59,213 nucleotides of DNA from Thraustochytrium aureum (Eukaryota), in the NCBI GenBank assembly GCA_012862495.1, contig BLSG01000384.1, positions 45,790-105,002 of the forward strand. Direction: 5' to 3'. Position 1 is the stretch's first letter. Each line of letters starts with the position of its first letter. The translations under genes were made by a program, and so were the position numbers. Of the stretch, positions 1 to 10,781 are shown in pieces. The notes beneath the pieces were generated by a model. That model worked only from the letters and a program-made list of their open reading frames with translations, did not search any database and had not been told where the DNA came from.

Positions 1-1416
1 TTCAGCAGCGCCGCAAACCCGCAACTGGACAGTCGCCGTACTGTCCAGCGAGGAGTTGACCGCTAGCACGAGAATAGCCCCGAACGACTGGAACGCGACC
101 AAGCAAAAGCGCCCGCTTTGCACGAGGCCCTCAAAGGGCAGCAGGCGGAGCTCGGCCGCTCGCGATGCGCCGCGCGGAAGCTGCGCAAGCACCGCCGCAT
201 GTATGCAGTCCACGACGGTGGTGGCACTGACTGGACCCAGGCCCCTAACGCGCAGTGGGGCCGCGCTGAGCAGGCGAAGGGAGAAACCTGCTTCGTTGCG
301 GGCCGCCTGGGCCGAGCAACGGCCAAGCGAAAACGCGAGCAGGGCGTAGCTGCCGCGCTCGAGAAACATGTCAAAGTGGTGCGACTTGCACTGGCCTGGA
401 AGGCAGAGGCGAGCAACAGCAGCAACGCGGCCCTCCAGGTCCAATTGCGCAACAAGGACAGCGACGTCGCAATGCACAAAATTCGTGTCGACGTTGCCGC
501 GCTTTGTGGCCTGGCAGACGGAAAGGTGCACCCAGGCGGCACGGGGCCCGACGTCAACTTGAACCACTTCGCGGGCCCACCACTCGCCGGGACGAAAGGT
601 TGATCGGCGTGCGGCGTAGTGCCAGCCTGAGCCGGGCATCGGCGCCTTGCAAACGTCGATGGTGCCGTGGCTAAAGTTGGCGAGGAAGAGGTCGAACGGC
701 ATCCAAAAGGTACCGTTGTCCTCGTCCGAGTGGTCAAGTGCAGCGCGCAGCGCTGGTGTCCACTCTGCGGCCCGGCGACTGAAGGGGCCGCGCCATTCGC
801 CCCGACCGTGCGGGTTGCGCAGACGAATGAGGCGGAGCGCTTTGGCGGGCGCTCGGTCGCCCCCTCCACCGCCGAAAGTCGCGCATGAGGGCTCTCCGAC
901 GCGCTTGAACATGTCTTTGATACTTGCCTGCTTTTCAGCTCTCAGCGTGGTTACGCGCACGTCGAGCACAGAGTAGGCGTGGCCACCCATGAGGCCAGAG
1001 AACCGCCCTGGGGCCACGCAGCTGGCGCCCATCGGATAGCCAGCCGACGTGTAGGAGAGCAAAAGATGAAAGAGCTCGTCCTCCCCAAGCGAGCCGATCG
1101 TCACCGTCTCCGTTGGGCGGCCCGTGAGGTCGAAGAGGGCCTCTGCGATCCACCCGCCAGAAATCGCCCGGTACGAGCCGTGCGCCTTGGCGTATGCCTT
1201 TTCGAGGAGCGGGACCCAGAGCTGGTTTCGCGCGCCCTTGCCAAAGGCGAGGGCGAACTGCTCGTTCTGGTTGGCCTTGACCACTCGCGTCTTGGGAACC
1301 GGGTTGGGGACGCACGGCAGGCGGTCGTCCAGGTCGACTATTCGCCATTGGCCGTCCAGGAAGAGCCGCACGCGGTAGTGCCCCGAGGCCGGACACGGGT
1401 CCAAGCTGACGAAGAG
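1..1416 (-). CDS. Calpain family cysteine protease (Peptidase C2 catalytic domain plus C-terminal extension; SOL/calpain-15-like), partial at both ends
   Basis: Not in the ORF track. Manual translation of the minus frame from 1416 is open to position 1 and reads GHYRVRLFLDGQWRIVDLDDRLP...LWVPLLEKAYAKAHGSYRAISGG...EALFDLTG...GHAYSVLD...LIRLRNPHGRGEWRG...DNGTFWMPF, which are calpain motifs including the catalytic His and Asn. The catalytic Cys would lie in the N gap. Confidence 0.93.
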
Positions 1417-2229
1417 GNNNNNNNNNNNNNNNNNNNNNNNNNNNNNNNNNNNNNNNNNNNNNNNNNNNNNNNNNNNNNNNNNNNNNNNNNNNNNNNNNNN
1501 NNNNNNNNNNNNNNNNNNNNNNNNNNNNNNNNNNNNNNNNNNNNNNNNNNNNNNNNNNNNNNNNNNNNNNNNNNNNNNNNNNNNNNNNNNNNNNNNNNNN
1601 NNNNNNNNNNNNNNNNNNNNNNNNNNNNNNNNNNNNNNNNNNNNNNNNNNNNNNNNNNNNNNNNNNNNNNNNNNNNNNNNNNNNNNNNNNNNNNNNNNNN
1701 NNNNNNNNNNNNNNNNNNNNNNNNNNNNNNNNNNNNNNNNNNNNNNNNNNNNNNNNNNNNNNNNNNNNNNNNNNNNNNNNNNNNNNNNNNNNNNNNNNNN
1801 NNNNNNNNNNNNNNNNNNNNNNNNNNNNNNNNNNNNNNNNNNNNNNNNNNNNNNNNNNNNNNNNNNNNNNNNNNNNNNNNNNNNNNNNNNNNNNNNNNNN
1901 NNNNNNNNNNNNNNNNNNNNNNNNNNNNNNNNNNNNNNNNNNNNNNNNNNNNNNNNNNNNNNNNNNNNNNNNNNNNNNNNNNNNNNNNNNNNNNNNNNNN
2001 NNNNNNNNNNNNNNNNNNNNNNNNNNNNNNNNNNNNNNNNNNNNNNNNNNNNNNNNNNNNNNNNNNNNNNNNNNNNNNNNNNNNNNNNNNNNNNNNNNNN
2101 NNNNNNNNNNNNNNNNNNNNNNNNNNNNNNNNNNNNNNNNNNNNNNNNNNNNNNNNNNNNNNNNNNNNNNNNNNNNNNNNNNNNNNNNNNNNNNNNNNNN
2201 NNNNNNCCCCAACTTGGAGGTGGCTGGGG

Positions 2230-2400
2230 CGCTCTGCGTCCCGCGAGCGAGCCAGGCAGGCAGCAGGGCGACGAGCGAGCAGCCAGGCAGGCAGCAGGGT
2301 GGCGAGCGAGCAGGCAGGCAGGCAGGCAGAGGCAGCCAGGCAGCGGGGCGACGAGCGAGCAGCCAGGATGCCGCGCGACGAGCGAGTGCCGCGGCGAGGC
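2230..2400. repeat. GCAG/GCGA-rich low-complexity microsatellite
   Basis: Runs of gcaggcag/gcgagc next to a gap edge. Confidence 0.7.
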
Positions 2401-2432
2401 AGAGTTCCGGGACTGCCATTTCCGTCGAGCGC

Positions 2433-2478
2433 CCGTTGCTAACGGCGCGCATCCGTTGCTAACGGCGTCTCGCCGTTA
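2433..2478. promoter_or_regulatory. Cluster of Myb/MSA-like AACGG elements
   Basis: CCGTTGCTAACGGCG occurs exactly twice (2433-2447, 2453-2467), with a further CCGTTA at 2473-2478. The cluster lies in the divergent interval between the calpain and the E2 gene. Confidence 0.45.
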
Positions 2479-2762
2479 TTATCAGCGCCACCCGCTCCAG
2501 CTTCATAGATGCAACAAGATCGCCCGCGCGTTGTCTACCGGTTGACATGTTATTTACTCGACGTCGCAGAGCCGGTTTTTAATGGGCCTGTGCAGTTGAG
2601 TCACTCTCTTTACATTTGATCCGGAAGGCGGCAGTTAAATGTTGGCTAGCCCAGCAGCAAGCAGCGAAGGCTGCGGCAGAGGGCGAAAGGGCGCGGAGGG
2701 CGAGCGCGCGTGGTGAGTGCTTGGTTGTCCCGTGAGTGTTGCGCGCGTTCCGTCGGGCGCTT

Positions 2763-2796
2763 GGCTCTGGCTGGCTCTGGCTGGCTCTGGCTGGCT
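2763..2796. repeat. 10-bp tandem repeat (GGCTCTGGCT) x3
   Basis: Read directly from the sequence. Confidence 0.8.
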
Positions 2797-3078
2797 GCGC
2801 GAGCGGCGGGTTGTGCTTGTCAGCAAGCGCGTGCGGCTCGGTCGCTGTTTCTCGCTTTTCTTGCTTGCGTGCTTGCTTGCTCTCGCGTCCCGTCCTGCAG
2901 CGACCGCGCTCGCGCGCGCGCTGGCGCTTGCTTGCGCGTGAAGGGCAAGGCCGGGCCGCGCAGGGCGCGAGCAGGACGGCAGCGAGGCCGCGCGAGAGAG
3001 GCTGACTGACGAGGCGCGGTGCGGTGCAAGCAGGAAGGGTGAGACGCTGCTCGAGCAAAGAATAAGCCTGCTGCCACG

Positions 3079-3919
3079 ATGCCCACCGACCGGAAGCGCA
3101 TCGTGAAAGAGCTGCAAGAGTGCGCTAAGGACGAGCACCTGACGGGTGTCTCGGTCAAGTGCGTCGAGGAGGGCAAGCTCGACCACCTCGCTGGCAAGAT
3201 CAAAGGCCCAGCCGGCACCGTGTACGAGGGCGGCGTGTTCCACGTGGACATTCTCATCCCTGACACGTACCCGTTCGAGCCGCCCAAGATGAAGTTTACA
3301 ACCAAGATCTGGCACCCCAACGTGAGCTCGGTGACTGGCGCAATCTGCCTCGATATTCTCAAGGACCAGTGGTCGCCGGCTCTGACGATCAAGACTGCGC
3401 TCGTCTCGCTGCAGGCGCTGCTGTCGGCGCCAGAGCCATCAGACCCGCAGGACGCCCAGGTGGCCACGCAGTACATCAAGGACAAGGTGAGTGCAGGGAC
3501 GCGCTCGGCCGACCGTGAGGTCGGCAGGGGCTTTGGCCCGGTTCGGTGTTGGTTGTTGGTGTTTGACTCCCCGCTTTCTTAGAGCGCTAGAGCTAGCTAG
3601 AGACGCGACCGCCTTGCTAACGCGCAGCTCGAGCTTCCTCGGGCCACAGGCTACCTTTGACAAGACCGCTCAGTTCTGGTAGGTTGTGCCACTCGGCCAC
3701 GGATCGCCCGCTGCTCCTCGCACAGAAAGAAAGCTCCTCTAACACTACGCCGGGGCGCACCTGCGCAGGACCAACACGTACGCGACGGAGGTCTCGAGCG
3801 ACGAGATCGTCAAGGGTCTCTGCGACATGGGCTTCACCGAAGACAAGGTCAAGGCCGCCCTCGCCGCTGTCGGGGGCGACCAGGAAAAGGCGCTCAACAA
3901 GCTGCTCAGCGAGGCGTAG
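3079..3919 (+). CDS. UBC1: Ubiquitin-conjugating enzyme E2 with C-terminal UBA domain (UBC1/UBE2K/UBC27 type); exons 3079-3486, 3650-3678, 3769-3919
   Basis: YPFEPPKMKFTTKIWHPNVSSVTGAICLDILKDQWSPALT carries the HPN motif and catalytic Cys. Splicing two GT-AG introns gives ...KDKATFDKTAQFWTNTYA...LCDMGFTEDKVKAAL...ALNKLL (UBA MGF motif), with stop at 3917-3919. Confidence 0.95.
3487..3649 (+). other. Spliceosomal intron 1 of the E2 gene
   Basis: GTGAGT donor, GCTAAC branch-like site at about 3616, CAG acceptor. Removal restores the conserved E2 frame. Confidence 0.85.
3679..3768 (+). other. Spliceosomal intron 2 of the E2 gene
   Basis: GTAGGT donor, CTAAC branch-like site at about 3739, CAG acceptor. 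Splits a Trp codon (TG|G). Confidence 0.85.
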
Positions 3920-4145
3920 AATCCTGGCCGGCTGGCGGACGCGGTGGCGCGGGGCTCGTGTTGGCGAGTCCGGGCTCGGCCAACTCCCTGGAGGGATCTG
4001 GTCGCCTGTGAGCTGTCCTCCTATTTTGAGTGTCGTAAGGTTTTTAAACGAACAGGGAGGTGCCGTTTCTCGTACAGCCGCTTCCGTCGATCGTTGGGCC
4101 CGAAACGCCGAGCTTTGGGAGTCGGCCGGCCAGCCGGTCGGTCGG

Positions 4146-4409
4146 TCAGGGCCCCGCGGCCTCCGTGGCCTTGCCTGTGGGAGCTGGCGTTGTTGCGGTT
4201 TGCGTCGCCTTGCCTGCGGGAGTCGAGTCTTCGGCCTGCGTTGCCTTGTCGTTGGTGGCCGCCTTTGCCCGTTCTGCTTTTGCGCGTTCCTCCCGGCAGC
4301 AGTCCTCCCAGCGGGAAATGAAGTCCGTGCACTTGCTCTGTTGGTAGTTGGTTCGCGCAAGGCACCACTGGATGTCGCAGGCGCGCTCTTGGCAGCGCCG
4401 AGAGGTCAT
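4146..4409 (-). CDS. CMC4: CMC4/p8-MTCP1-like twin Cx9C mitochondrial intermembrane-space protein (start may lie further upstream, in the gap)
   Basis: CQERACDIQWCLARTNYQQSKCTDFISRWEDCC reproduces the Cys spacing of the CMC4 family (C-x4-C-x-IQ-x-CL-x3-NY-x2-SKC-x9-CC). It is followed by a tail of KATQ/KATE repeats. Confidence 0.75.
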   Translation of the reverse strand: MTSRRCQERACDIQWCLARTNYQQSKCTDFISRWEDCCREERAKAERAKAATNDKATQAEDSTPAGKATQTATTPAPTGKATEAAGP

Positions 4410-5533
4410 GCACGGGTCAGTCGTGCCCTCCCGCTGCTTCTTCCCTGCGCCCTGGTCCAGCGAAACGTCAGTGNNNNNNNNNNNNNNNNNNNNNNNNNNN
4501 NNNNNNNNNNNNNNNNNNNNNNNNNNNNNNNNNNNNNNNNNNNNNNNNNNNNNNNNNNNNNNNNNNNNNNNNNNNNNNNNNNNNNNNNNNNNNNNNNNNN
4601 NNNNNNNNNNNNNNNNNNNNNNNNNNNNNNNNNNNNNNNNNNNNNNNNNNNNNNNNNNNNNNNNNNNNNNNNNNNNNNNNNNNNNNNNNNNNNNNNNNNN
4701 NNNNNNNNNNNNNNNNNNNNNNNNNNNNNNNNNNNNNNNNNNNNNNNNNNNNNNNNNNNNNNNNNNNNNNNNNNNNNNNNNNNNNNNNNNNNNNNNNNNN
4801 NNNNNNNNNNNNNNNNNNNNNNNNNNNNNNNNNNNNNNNNNNNNNNNNNNNNNNNNNNNNNNNNNNNNNNNNNNNNNNNNNNNNNGACCTCCAGCGCGTC
4901 CATCCGCAATTGCACCATTGTGCGAAACACGCGCGCACCTCACGACTCTTCCCCTCCTCTCACAACAAGGTCGGCGCGCGCCCGACAAGTTCGGTGGGTA
5001 CTGAGTAGTAGAGACAAGTAGAGAGCAATCCCTGCACATGCATGGCGCACACCTTCCGTTTCCTCTCGTATAAACAACGGAGCTTCACCGGATAGCGAAG
5101 CGATTCGCGCAGCGTGTTGTGTTTTCCCGAGAGGCACGGAGACGCGTCCCTCTCATTGCTCCCGGGAAGCGGAAAGTGCGAGACACCGAGAACGAGCACA
5201 CTGGCAGACGGAAAGAAGGGGGCCGGTGCTTCCTCTGCGAGAGCAAGTCAAGAGTCTAGCCATCACCCTCACTGCCTGCTGCCAGGGCAAGGTGGACTTG
5301 AAGGCAGTGATTCCGCTCTCCATGCAGTGCCAGGGAGACAACGCGAAAACGCCGCATCTTCAGAGGGCGAGAAGCCAAGAACGAAAACGAGCAAGCCCAC
5401 CTACTACATAAAACAAGCAAATACCCCAAAGCGCTGCAAGCAAAGGCTCAAAATGCCGAAGCAAAAACAAAGCCAAAAACTAAACCCAAAAACTAAACCC
5501 AAAAGAAACAAAGAAACAAAGAAACAAAGAAAC

Positions 5534-5627
5534 AAAGCCAAAACTAAAGCCAAAACCAAAGCCAAAACTAAAGCCAAAACCAAAGCCAAAACTAAAGCCA
5601 AAACTAAAGCCAAAACTAAAGCCAAAA
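5534..5627. repeat. 12-bp tandem repeat AAAGCCAAAAC(T/C), about 7.8 copies, in an A-rich tract
   Basis: Read directly from the sequence. Confidence 0.9.
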
Positions 5628-6627
5628 GAGAGAAACGAAAGGGAAGAGTCAGAGAAAGAAAAGAAAGACCTTCTTTCTGGTTTGTCGGGCATCGTTGCAG
5701 TCGCGTGCAGCGCAGCCGGCAGAAGACGCAGCGCGCACGCCNNNNNNNNNNNNNNNNNNNNNNNNNNNNNNNNNNNNNNNNNNNNNNNNNNNNNNNNNNN
5801 NNNNNNNNNNNNNNNNNNNNNNNNNNNNNNNNNNNNNNNNNNNNNNNNNNNNNNNNNNNNNNNNNNNNNNNNNNNNNNNNNNNNNNNNNNNNNNNNNNNN
5901 NNNNNNNNNNNNNNNNNNNNNNNNNNNNNNNNNNNNNNNNNNNNNNNNNNNNNNNNNNNNNNNNNNNNNNNNNNNNNNNNNNNNNNNNNNNNNNNNNNNN
6001 NNNNNNNNNNNNNNNNNNNNNNNNNNNNNNNNNNNNNNNNNNNNNNNNNNNNNNNNNNNNNNNNNNNNNNNNNNNNNNNNNNNNNNNNNNNNNNNNNNNN
6101 NNNNNNNNNNNNNNNNNNNNNNNNNNNNNNNNNNNNNNNNNNNNNNNNNNNNNNNNNNNNNNNNNNNNNNNNNNNNNNNNNNNNNNNNNNNNNNNNNNNN
6201 NNNNNNNNNNNNNNNNNNNNNNNNNNNNNNNNNNNNNNNNNNNNNNNNNNNNNNNNNNNNNNNNNNNNNNNNNNNNNNNNNNNNNNNNNNNNNNNNNNNN
6301 NNNNNNNNNNNNNNNNNNNNNNNNNNNNNNNNNNNNNNNNNNNNNNNNNNNNNNNNNNNNNNNNNNNNNNNNNNNNNNNNNNNNNNNNNNNNNNNNNNNN
6401 NNNNNNNNNNNNNNNNNNNNNNNNNNNNNNNNNNNNNNNNNNNNNNNNNNNNNNNNNNNNNNNNNNNNNNNNNNNNNNNNNNNNNNNNNNNNNNNNNNNN
6501 NNNNNNNNNNNNNNNNNNNNNNNNNNNNNNNNNNNNNNNNNNNNNNNNNNNNNNNNNNNNNNNNNNNNNNNNNNNNNNNNNNNNNNNNNNNNNNNNNNNN
6601 NNNNNNNNNNNNNNNNNNNNNNNNNNC

Positions 6628-7318
6628 CGACTCGGACCTCTCCCCCGAGCAAACGAGCGAGGACGAGTCCGCCAAGGCCAAGGCGCGCCGCAGCTCGCGC
6701 CTCTCGCGCTGGTCCCAGCTGCGCAAGCGCAAGAGCTCGCCCAAGGAGGAGGAGCTGAGCAGCAACGTGGCAGTGGTCAAGCTCATCGTGCATTTCATCG
6801 ACGTCCTGGCCTGCAACTTGGAAACCGCAGAGGAGTGCGAGCGGGTCAAGGAGGCCGTGGGCGCCATCGCGGCCACGGTCAGCGAGGCTTCCGACCTCCA
6901 GTTAGTGGTCAAGGAGCTGATCCTGGCGCTCGGCAAGGCCTCTCGGGTCGCCCGCGTGCTCAAGACCATCCACCAGAACGTCGTGCTCCACAGCACAGTC
7001 GAGCTCAAGACCAAGCTCACCATGAAGTACAACACCAAGGATATTCGGTCCGCGGACGGCTGGCGCATCGTCATCACTCTCGCCAAGGGGTACATCCAGG
7101 TCGCGCACGTGCGCAAGGAGCAGAGCATGGACGCCTTTGGCAACACCAAGAACCACTGGGAGTTTGAGTGGGAGGTGCGCATGACCTTTGACGACCGGAT
7201 GGACAACATGACGGCGGCACAGCTCCGGATAACCCGCCTCATTTTGAGCGACACGATGCAAGAGGACCTTGCCGAGGAGCTCAAGGCAACGCTTGTGGAT
7301 GGTCTTATTGTCATGTGA
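6628..7318 (+). CDS. C-terminal part of a conserved hypothetical protein (5' end in gap); resembles the C-terminal domain of amoebozoan GlfB-like RasGEF proteins
   Basis: Strong GC3 codon bias and globular-looking sequence (TKDIRSADGWRIVI...AHVRKEQS...NHWEFEWEVRMTFD). The family resemblance is from memory and unverified. Confidence 0.7.
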
Positions 7319-7679
7319 TTTCGAAGCACCTCCAGTATTTTGTTTTGATGATCAGTGCCGCTGCGCTCGCTCGGCCCGTATTATTATTTTCTTCTTCTTC
7401 TTGCGCCAGATGCAAAATTCAGAGCCACGGCGGAACCACGCAGGCCTTCTGCTTCATCGCAAGCAGCCTTGCTCGACGCGAATCTGACAAAAGAGACTGC
7501 CTCAGGCGGGCGCCTCGCGACAGCACAGTCGCGGCCGCAACCAGCCTTGCACAACAGAGCGCTGTTGCCTCTTGGGTTTGGCGACCGTGCTCTACTAGAG
7601 CTATAGCTTGCCTGCCAAGCCGAGGATGGACGGGACGCTGGCCAGTGGGCTCTGTGGAACGCAACGCCGGGACGCGACG

Positions 7680-8367
7680 CTACGAAATGTGCCCGCTCGC
7701 GTTCGTTTCGCACAGGACTGGCGCCATTCCAGCGGCCCGCAGCTTGCCCAGGCGCTGCGCCTGCATCAGCACTGCCCACTCGGCCATCGCAAGCCTGTGG
7801 TCGCGCGAAAGCCCGGCCTCCGGCTGCGCGCCGTCGCCAGTTAGACTTGCCAAGAGCCACGACTCGTATGCAGCGAGCGTGCGGTCCTCGTCGAGCGAAA
7901 ACCGCGCAGCGCCCTTGCTTCGCAAAACCCACTGATGGAGCCGGCGAGCTGCAGACTCGACCTTGCCGCCCAAAGTACTCAGGCCGCCGTCATCTTCGTT
8001 CTCCCCTTGGCTTGGGTCGTTTTCGCGATCGCCACGAGCGCTCCGAAGGGCGCTCGTGGTCACGCTGGGCCATTGCCGATGCACCGAGCCCTTGGCGCCG
8101 CCGTGGCCGCTGTCAACCGGCCCCGAGAACGACGCGGTCCGCCGAACGCGGCTACGCCCCGGGGCAGAGTCCCTGCGCACTCGCGCCCCCTTGGCAGAGC
8201 TGGGCCGCCCGAGCGCCTGCCGCTCTGGAGTCCCCGGAGGACCTGCAGCGGCGCTGACTCGGCTGCCGCTACCGCCGTCAGCGAGGCCAGCGGCGGCGAG
8301 CGTTCGATGCGCAAGCTCCAGCTCCGCCTCCAGAGCGCGCACCCGGCCCTCAAGGCGCTTCACCAAG
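7680..8367 (-). CDS. Hypothetical protein, C-terminal part with coiled coil (5' end in gap)
   Basis: LVKRLEGRVRALEAELELAHRTL heptads, then a disordered region and a helical segment. No family recognised. Confidence 0.5.
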
Positions 8368-9634
8368 NNNNNNNNNNNNNNNNNNNNNNNNNNNNNNNNN
8401 NNNNNNNNNNNNNNNNNNNNNNNNNNNNNNNNNNNNNNNNNNNNNNNNNNNNNNNNNNNNNNNNNNNNNNNNNNNNNNNNNNNNNNNNNNNNNNNNNNNN
8501 NNNNNNNNNNNNNNNNNNNNNNNNNNNNNNNNNNNNNNNNNNNNNNNNNNNNNNNNNNNNNNNNNNNNNNNNNNNNNNNNNNNNNNNNNNNNNNNNNNNN
8601 NNNNNNNNNNNNNNNNNNNNNNNNNNNNNNNNNNNNNNNNNNNNNNNNNNNNNNNNNNNNNNNNNNNNNNNNNNNNNNNNNNNNNNNNNNNNNNNNNNNN
8701 NNNNNNNNNNNNNNNNNNNNNNNNNNNNNNNNNNNNNNNNNNNNNNNNNNNNNNNNNNNNNNNNNNNNNNNNNNNNNNNNNNNNNNNNNNNNNNNNNNNN
8801 NNNNNNNNNNNNNNNNNNNNNNNNNNNNNNNNNNNNNNNNNNNNNNNNNNNNNNNNNNNNNNNNNNNNNNNNNNNNNNNNNNNNNNNNNNNNNNNNNNNN
8901 NNNNNNNNNNNNNNNNNNNNNNNNNNNNNNNNNNNNNNNNNNNNNNNNNNNNNNNNNNNNNNNNNNNNNNNNNNNNNNNNNNNNNNNNNNNNNNNNNNNN
9001 NNNNNNNNNNNNNNNNNNNNNNNNNNNNNNNNNNNNNNNAGTGAGTGAGTGCCACATGCAGAGCGCGTCCTGGGCTGCCAGGCCGCCGCCGCGTCAACAA
9101 ACAGCGCCATCCAGCGCGAGTCCATTCGCCATTTTGACATTGAACGACCAATTCCGTTCTGTCCTGGTGCGCCGAGAATCCTCTTTTATGGCGTCGCGGC
9201 CGGCCCCAAGGGGAACTGATCGCTGTTCGTTCCACCCTGCGCGCGTTTCGGGAGGGTGGCTGGCTGACTTGATCTCAAGAGCAGAATCGGAACAGAACAG
9301 AACGGCAGCGCGGCTGGCCGGGACTCGCCGCTGCGCTCGCCGCTGCGCTCGCTGCCGCGCTCGCTGCTTTGTCTGTTGGTTGGGGGCTTCGCTGCCTCGT
9401 TTGCTGCTGCGGTGCGCGGTTTGGAGCGACGGGCCTTTTGGGAGGGTGGTTGGACGCCCACGTGCCGAACTCTCCCCTCCCCACAACGCCGTCCTCCTCT
9501 CGCTCTCGCTCTCGCTCTCGCTCTGCGCGCTCTGCGCGCTCTGCACGCTCGCTGCGGCCAGCCAATGCGACCCGAGAGCGAGCTGGAGAGCGAGGCGGCG
9601 CTGCAGAATAGGGCGGCCCTGCTTGGCGAACAGG

Positions 9635-10684
9635 ATGGTGGAGACGGACACGCGAGACGTGGAACTGGCGGACTGGAGCGAAGACGACGACGGAGCGGCG
9701 GAGCCCGCGTGGAGACGGCAGATGTGCGAGGAGACGCAGCTGTTCTGGGAGCAGAAAGGGGTGCTCGCCGCTGCGCTCTTCGTTCTCGTGTACTTTGCGC
9801 TTGTGCTGTTCCGAAACTTGGCATACTACCGGTACGTCGCGGCCCCGCGGCTTCGGGACATCGGGTACGACGCCATGCCAGAGTTCGGCCCGCGCATGAT
9901 GCTGTACGCCGACCTCCCTATTCATACCATGTACGCTGTTGTCGCGTTTGTGCTGCTCGGCGCTGCTCTCGGACCTCACGGCACGCGGTGGGTCCGCAGC
10001 AGGCTTTGCTGCGCCTGGCGAGGGCCAGGGCGCGTTGGGCCGTCTACTCACCAGCAGGCTAAGACCGAGCACCCACATTTTGTCAACGTAATGCGGCGGT
10101 TCATGACCGTGTACGCGATTGGGCACGTCATGCGCGGCCTGACGTACCTGAGCACGTCAATCCCAGGCACCGCGGAGCACTGCTTGCCAGGCGCCAAGCT
10201 TCAGCCGCCGCAGACGCTCCTCGAGTGCTTTTACCGCGTCTCGTCTGTGAACGGCAACTGTGGCGACCTCATCTTTAGCGGGCACATGCTTTTCATGTAC
10301 CTTGCGGTCGGCCTCGTGCACCGGTACGGGGCGCTTGCGTGGGGCGCGCTGCCGATGGGGAGCTTCCACGTGGGGCTGATGCTCTGCAGCGGCCTGCTGG
10401 CGGCAGTGCAGGTCGTCTTCATCATCAAGAGCCGCCACCACTACACGGTGGACATCGTCGTGGCGACCTACACAGTCCCCATGCTCTGGTTTTGGTACAA
10501 CACAGTTTGCCCACGCGACCTTGCGGTCGACCAGGGCGCCATCGACGGCGAGCTTCGCAAGGACAAGTGCCGCCCATACTGGCTTCGCCTGATCCTCGTC
10601 GTGCGCACCTGCGTGTGTATGGTTGGCCTGCTCTTCATGGCTCTGGTGGTTGTGCACGGCAACTTTCACTACTTTGGCTTTTAG
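9635..10684 (+). CDS. Sphingomyelin synthase / inositol-phosphorylceramide synthase family protein
   Basis: Family motifs PRLRDIG (D1), CGDLIFSGH (D3) and HHYTVDIVVATY (D4), plus multiple TM helices. ATG at 9635 follows a CT-rich leader. Confidence 0.9.
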   Translation: MVETDTRDVELADWSEDDDGAAEPAWRRQMCEETQLFWEQKGVLAAALFVLVYFALVLFRNLAYYRYVAAPRLRDIGYDAMPEFGPRMMLYADLPIHTMYAVVAFVLLGAALGPHGTRWVRSRLCCAWRGPGRVGPSTHQQAKTEHPHFVNVMRRFMTVYAIGHVMRGLTYLSTSIPGTAEHCLPGAKLQPPQTLLECFYRVSSVNGNCGDLIFSGHMLFMYLAVGLVHRYGALAWGALPMGSFHVGLMLCSGLLAAVQVVFIIKSRHHYTVDIVVATYTVPMLWFWYNTVCPRDLAVDQGAIDGELRKDKCRPYWLRLILVVRTCVCMVGLLFMALVVVHGNFHYFGF

Positions 10685-10781
10685 ACGAGTGTGAATCGCC
10701 AGGACGCAGAGTCGCCCGCAAAGGCAACTTATTAAAAAACCCTGACTGTGCAAAAAGTGACGTTTTCCTTCCTGCGCCTCG

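Noticed and set aside
5534..5627. Possible telomeric repeat or CRISPR-like array
   Set aside because: Uninterrupted tandem units with no spacers, an internal position, and no match to TTAGGG-type repeats.
5114..5741. Lys-rich KAKTKAKT 'histone H1-like' N-terminus of ORF 5114-7318
   Set aside because: It derives from an A-rich 12-bp tandem repeat without the GC3 bias of real genes here, and it is joined to the downstream CDS only through Ns.
7419..7682. In-frame open stretch of about 87 codons after the TAG at 7680-7682 (stop-codon readthrough?)
   Set aside because: Open frames of this length are common at this GC content and the peptide has no recognisable motif. Other genes in the window use TAG as a normal stop.
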